A DNA stretch of 64,000 bases from an uncultured Acidobacteriota bacterium (lineage in GTDB: Bacteria; Acidobacteriota; Thermoanaerobaculia; Thermoanaerobaculales; Sulfomarinibacteraceae). Positions 62,616 to 64,000 of this stretch are shown here, one piece after another. Under the pieces are notes generated by a model. The model saw only the letters and a list, made by a program, of their open reading frames with translations. It made no database searches and was not told where the DNA came from. Position 1 is the first letter of the stretch. The number at the start of each line of letters is the position of its first letter. Location of the stretch: positions 19,062 through 83,061 of the forward strand of contig CAWFFJ010000041.1 of the NCBI GenBank assembly GCA_963814875.1, in the 5' to 3' direction. Position numbers and translations under genes: made by a program.

Positions 62616-62807
62616 TCAGCCTTCGCGCAGACCGAGCATGCGGAAGATCGCCATCGCCGGGCACCAGCGGGTGAACGCCGACTGCAGCAGGTTGAGGCCG
62701 ACGAAGGCCGTCAGCACGAACCAGTAGGGATGGACCCAGATCCCGAGCGCGAGGCTGAGCAGGATCATGAACCCGGCCAGGGCCCGCAACGCTTCGTTGA
62801 CCGTCAT
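62616..62807 (-). CDS. DUF2892 (YgaP-like) small membrane protein
   Basis: 63 aa. Two TM helices and the conserved C-terminal motif LLQSAFTRWCPAMAIFRMLG. Confidence 0.75.
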   Translation of the reverse strand: MTVNEALRALAGFMILLSLALGIWVHPYWFVLTAFVGLNLLQSAFTRWCPAMAIFRMLGLREG

Positions 62808-62873
62808 CTCAGGCTCCTTTCTTGCCGGGGTGGCAGGGCGCCCCGCCCCGGTCGCCGCCGAGGGGCGTTGAGG

Positions 62874-64000
62874 TCACTCCTCGTCCTGGTCCGGTAGATG
62901 CACGACCTTACCCGGACCGACCGTCTTCAGGTACATGAAGTAGAGCAGGGGGATCACGACCAGGGTCAGCATGGTCGCGACCACGACGCCGGAGATCAGC
63001 GACACCGCGAGGCCCTGGAAGATCGGGTCGAGGTAGATCACCGCCCCGCCCACGACCAGCGCCGCCGCGGTCAGCACGATCGGCCGGAATCGAACCGCTC
63101 CGGCCTTGATCACCGCGTCCTCCAGGCTCTCGCCGGCTTCCAGCTCGAGGTTGACGAAGTCCACCAGGAGGATCGAGTTGCGTACGATGACGCCGGCCAG
63201 AGCGATGAAGCCGATCATCGAGGTGGCGGTGAAGAACACGCCCAGGACCCCGTGCGCGGGGAGGATCCCGATCAGGGTCAGCGGGATCGGCGCCATGATG
63301 ATGAACGGGGTCACGAACGAGCGGAACCAGCCCACCACCAGGACGTAGATGAGGACCATCACCGCGGCGAAGGCGATGCCCATGTCGCGGAACACCTCGT
63401 AGGTGATCTGCCACTCCCCGTCCCACTTCATGATGTAGCGGCTGCTGTCGTCTGGCATGTGGGTGGAGATGATCGGCAGCTTCTCGCCGAGCGGCGTGAC
63501 GATGTCCGAGAGCCGGTCCTCCATGTTCAGGATCGCGTACACCGGCGCCTCGGCGGCTCCGGAGACCTCGCCCGTCACGTAGGTCACGGGCTGAAGGTTC
63601 TTGTGGTAGCGGAAGCGCTCACGGCGGCTGGAGACCACGTTCGCGATCTCCGACAGCGGCACCATGCGGCCGTCGCCGGCGTGCACCGTGAGCTGCAGCA
63701 GGTCGTCGAGGTGCGAGCGCTGCACACGGTCGAGACGGAGCACGATCGGCACCGGCTCGCGCGCGGCCTGGACGTGGATCAGCCCCGCGTCGGCGCCGGA
63801 CAGGGCGACCCGCAAGGTGCGCACGACCTGCTCGGGGGTCACGCCGGAGCGGATCGCCTTCTCGCGGTCGACCCGGACCTCCCAGGAGTCCGCCGGGGCC
63901 TCGACCATCCAGTCGACGTCGACCACCCCGTCGGTCGACTCGAAGACCTGCTTGACCTTGTCCGCGACCTCGAGCCGCCCCTCCAGGGTCGGACCGTAGA
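62874..64000 (-). CDS. efflux RND transporter permease subunit (AcrB/CzcA superfamily), C-terminal part; 5' end is outside the window
   Basis: ORF 62874..63926, and the frame stays open to 64000 (YGPTLEGRLEVADKVKQVFESTDGVVDVDW...). TM8-12 region FVTPFIIMAPIPLTLIG...LAGVIVRNSILLVDF...RFRPIVLTAAA. Confidence 0.9.
   Translation of the reverse strand, partial: YGPTLEGRLEVADKVKQVFESTDGVVDVDWMVEAPADSWEVRVDREKAIRSGVTPEQVVRTLRVALSGADAGLIHVQAAREPVPIVLRLDRVQRSHLDDLLQLTVHAGDGRMVPLSEIANVVSSRRERFRYHKNLQPVTYVTGEVSGAAEAPVYAILNMEDRLSDIVTPLGEKLPIISTHMPDDSSRYIMKWDGEWQITYEVFRDMGIAFAAVMVLIYVLVVGWFRSFVTPFIIMAPIPLTLIGILPAHGVLGVFFTATSMIGFIALAGVIVRNSILLVDFVNLELEAGESLEDAVIKAGAVRFRPIVLTAAALVVGGAVIYLDPIFQGLAVSLISGVVVATMLTLVVIPLLYFMYLKTVGPGKVVHLPDQDEE

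Overview
The window is 64 kb of gene-dense bacterial chromosome at roughly 70% GC. I call about 53 protein genes and found no rRNA, tRNA or CRISPR array. A TIGR03436-style VWA protein and exported Pro/Thr-rich proteins suggest Acidobacteriota, but that is inference only.

Layout:
1. 1-8.3 kb, minus strand, with overlapping stops and starts: HAMP/PP2C phosphatase <- tdk <- CMD-family protein <- E3/E2/E1beta/E1alpha of a 2-oxoacid dehydrogenase <- lipoate-ligase-like gene.
2. 8.4-22.8 kb, a cell-surface glycan locus: LTA-synthase-like sulfatase, a GT2, a 1120-aa protein with three GT2 domains, a methyltransferase, a PIG-L deacetylase, an O-antigen-ligase-like/TPR protein, a GT4, a DegT aminotransferase and ugd.
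3. 23,035-24,401, an intact IS4-family element with 16-bp inverted repeats and a perfect 11-bp target duplication. It sits in a repeat-rich intergenic region.
4. 25.1-31.1 kb: S4/Hsp15-like, recO, crotonase, a response regulator with a ~230-aa acidic linker, a REC-RsbW-like ATPase fusion and a VWA protein.
5. valS-birA; CDF-dsbD; trmD-rimM-KH-rpsP-ffh.
6. PAS-LuxR regulator, a secreted hypothetical, and a 637-bp non-coding gap with diverged repeats.
7. A disulfide oxidoreductase, a phytase-like/ExeM-NucH nuclease fusion, a membrane protein, a 950-aa FAD/Fe-S oxidase and an exported beta-propeller-like protein.
8. tal-pgi, glk, an RNB ribonuclease, carbonic anhydrase, rarD, dus and a rubrerythrin-like protein.
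9. An RND pump (3' part only) followed by DUF2892, a P-II-like protein and a 32-aa membrane peptide.

I did not find a convincing defence island, toxin-antitoxin pair, retron or secondary-metabolite cluster. The most unusual things I can see directly are non-coding:
- a family of long palindromic repeat elements (21162-21411 and 24717-24898);
- 7-8-nt periodic tandem repeats, one pair flanking a perfect 24-bp hairpin (44602-44727);
- a recurrent TGGGCTACGC motif;
- several genes whose start codon lies 6-9 nt after a -10-like hexamer, a leaderless pattern.

On the protein side, the points worth a second look are the REC-RsbW-like fusion, the triple-GT2 protein, a GT4 gene with no canonical start codon, and the small genes downstream of the RND pump. 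Many long ORFs in the track are alternate-frame shadows typical of high-GC DNA and were not called.
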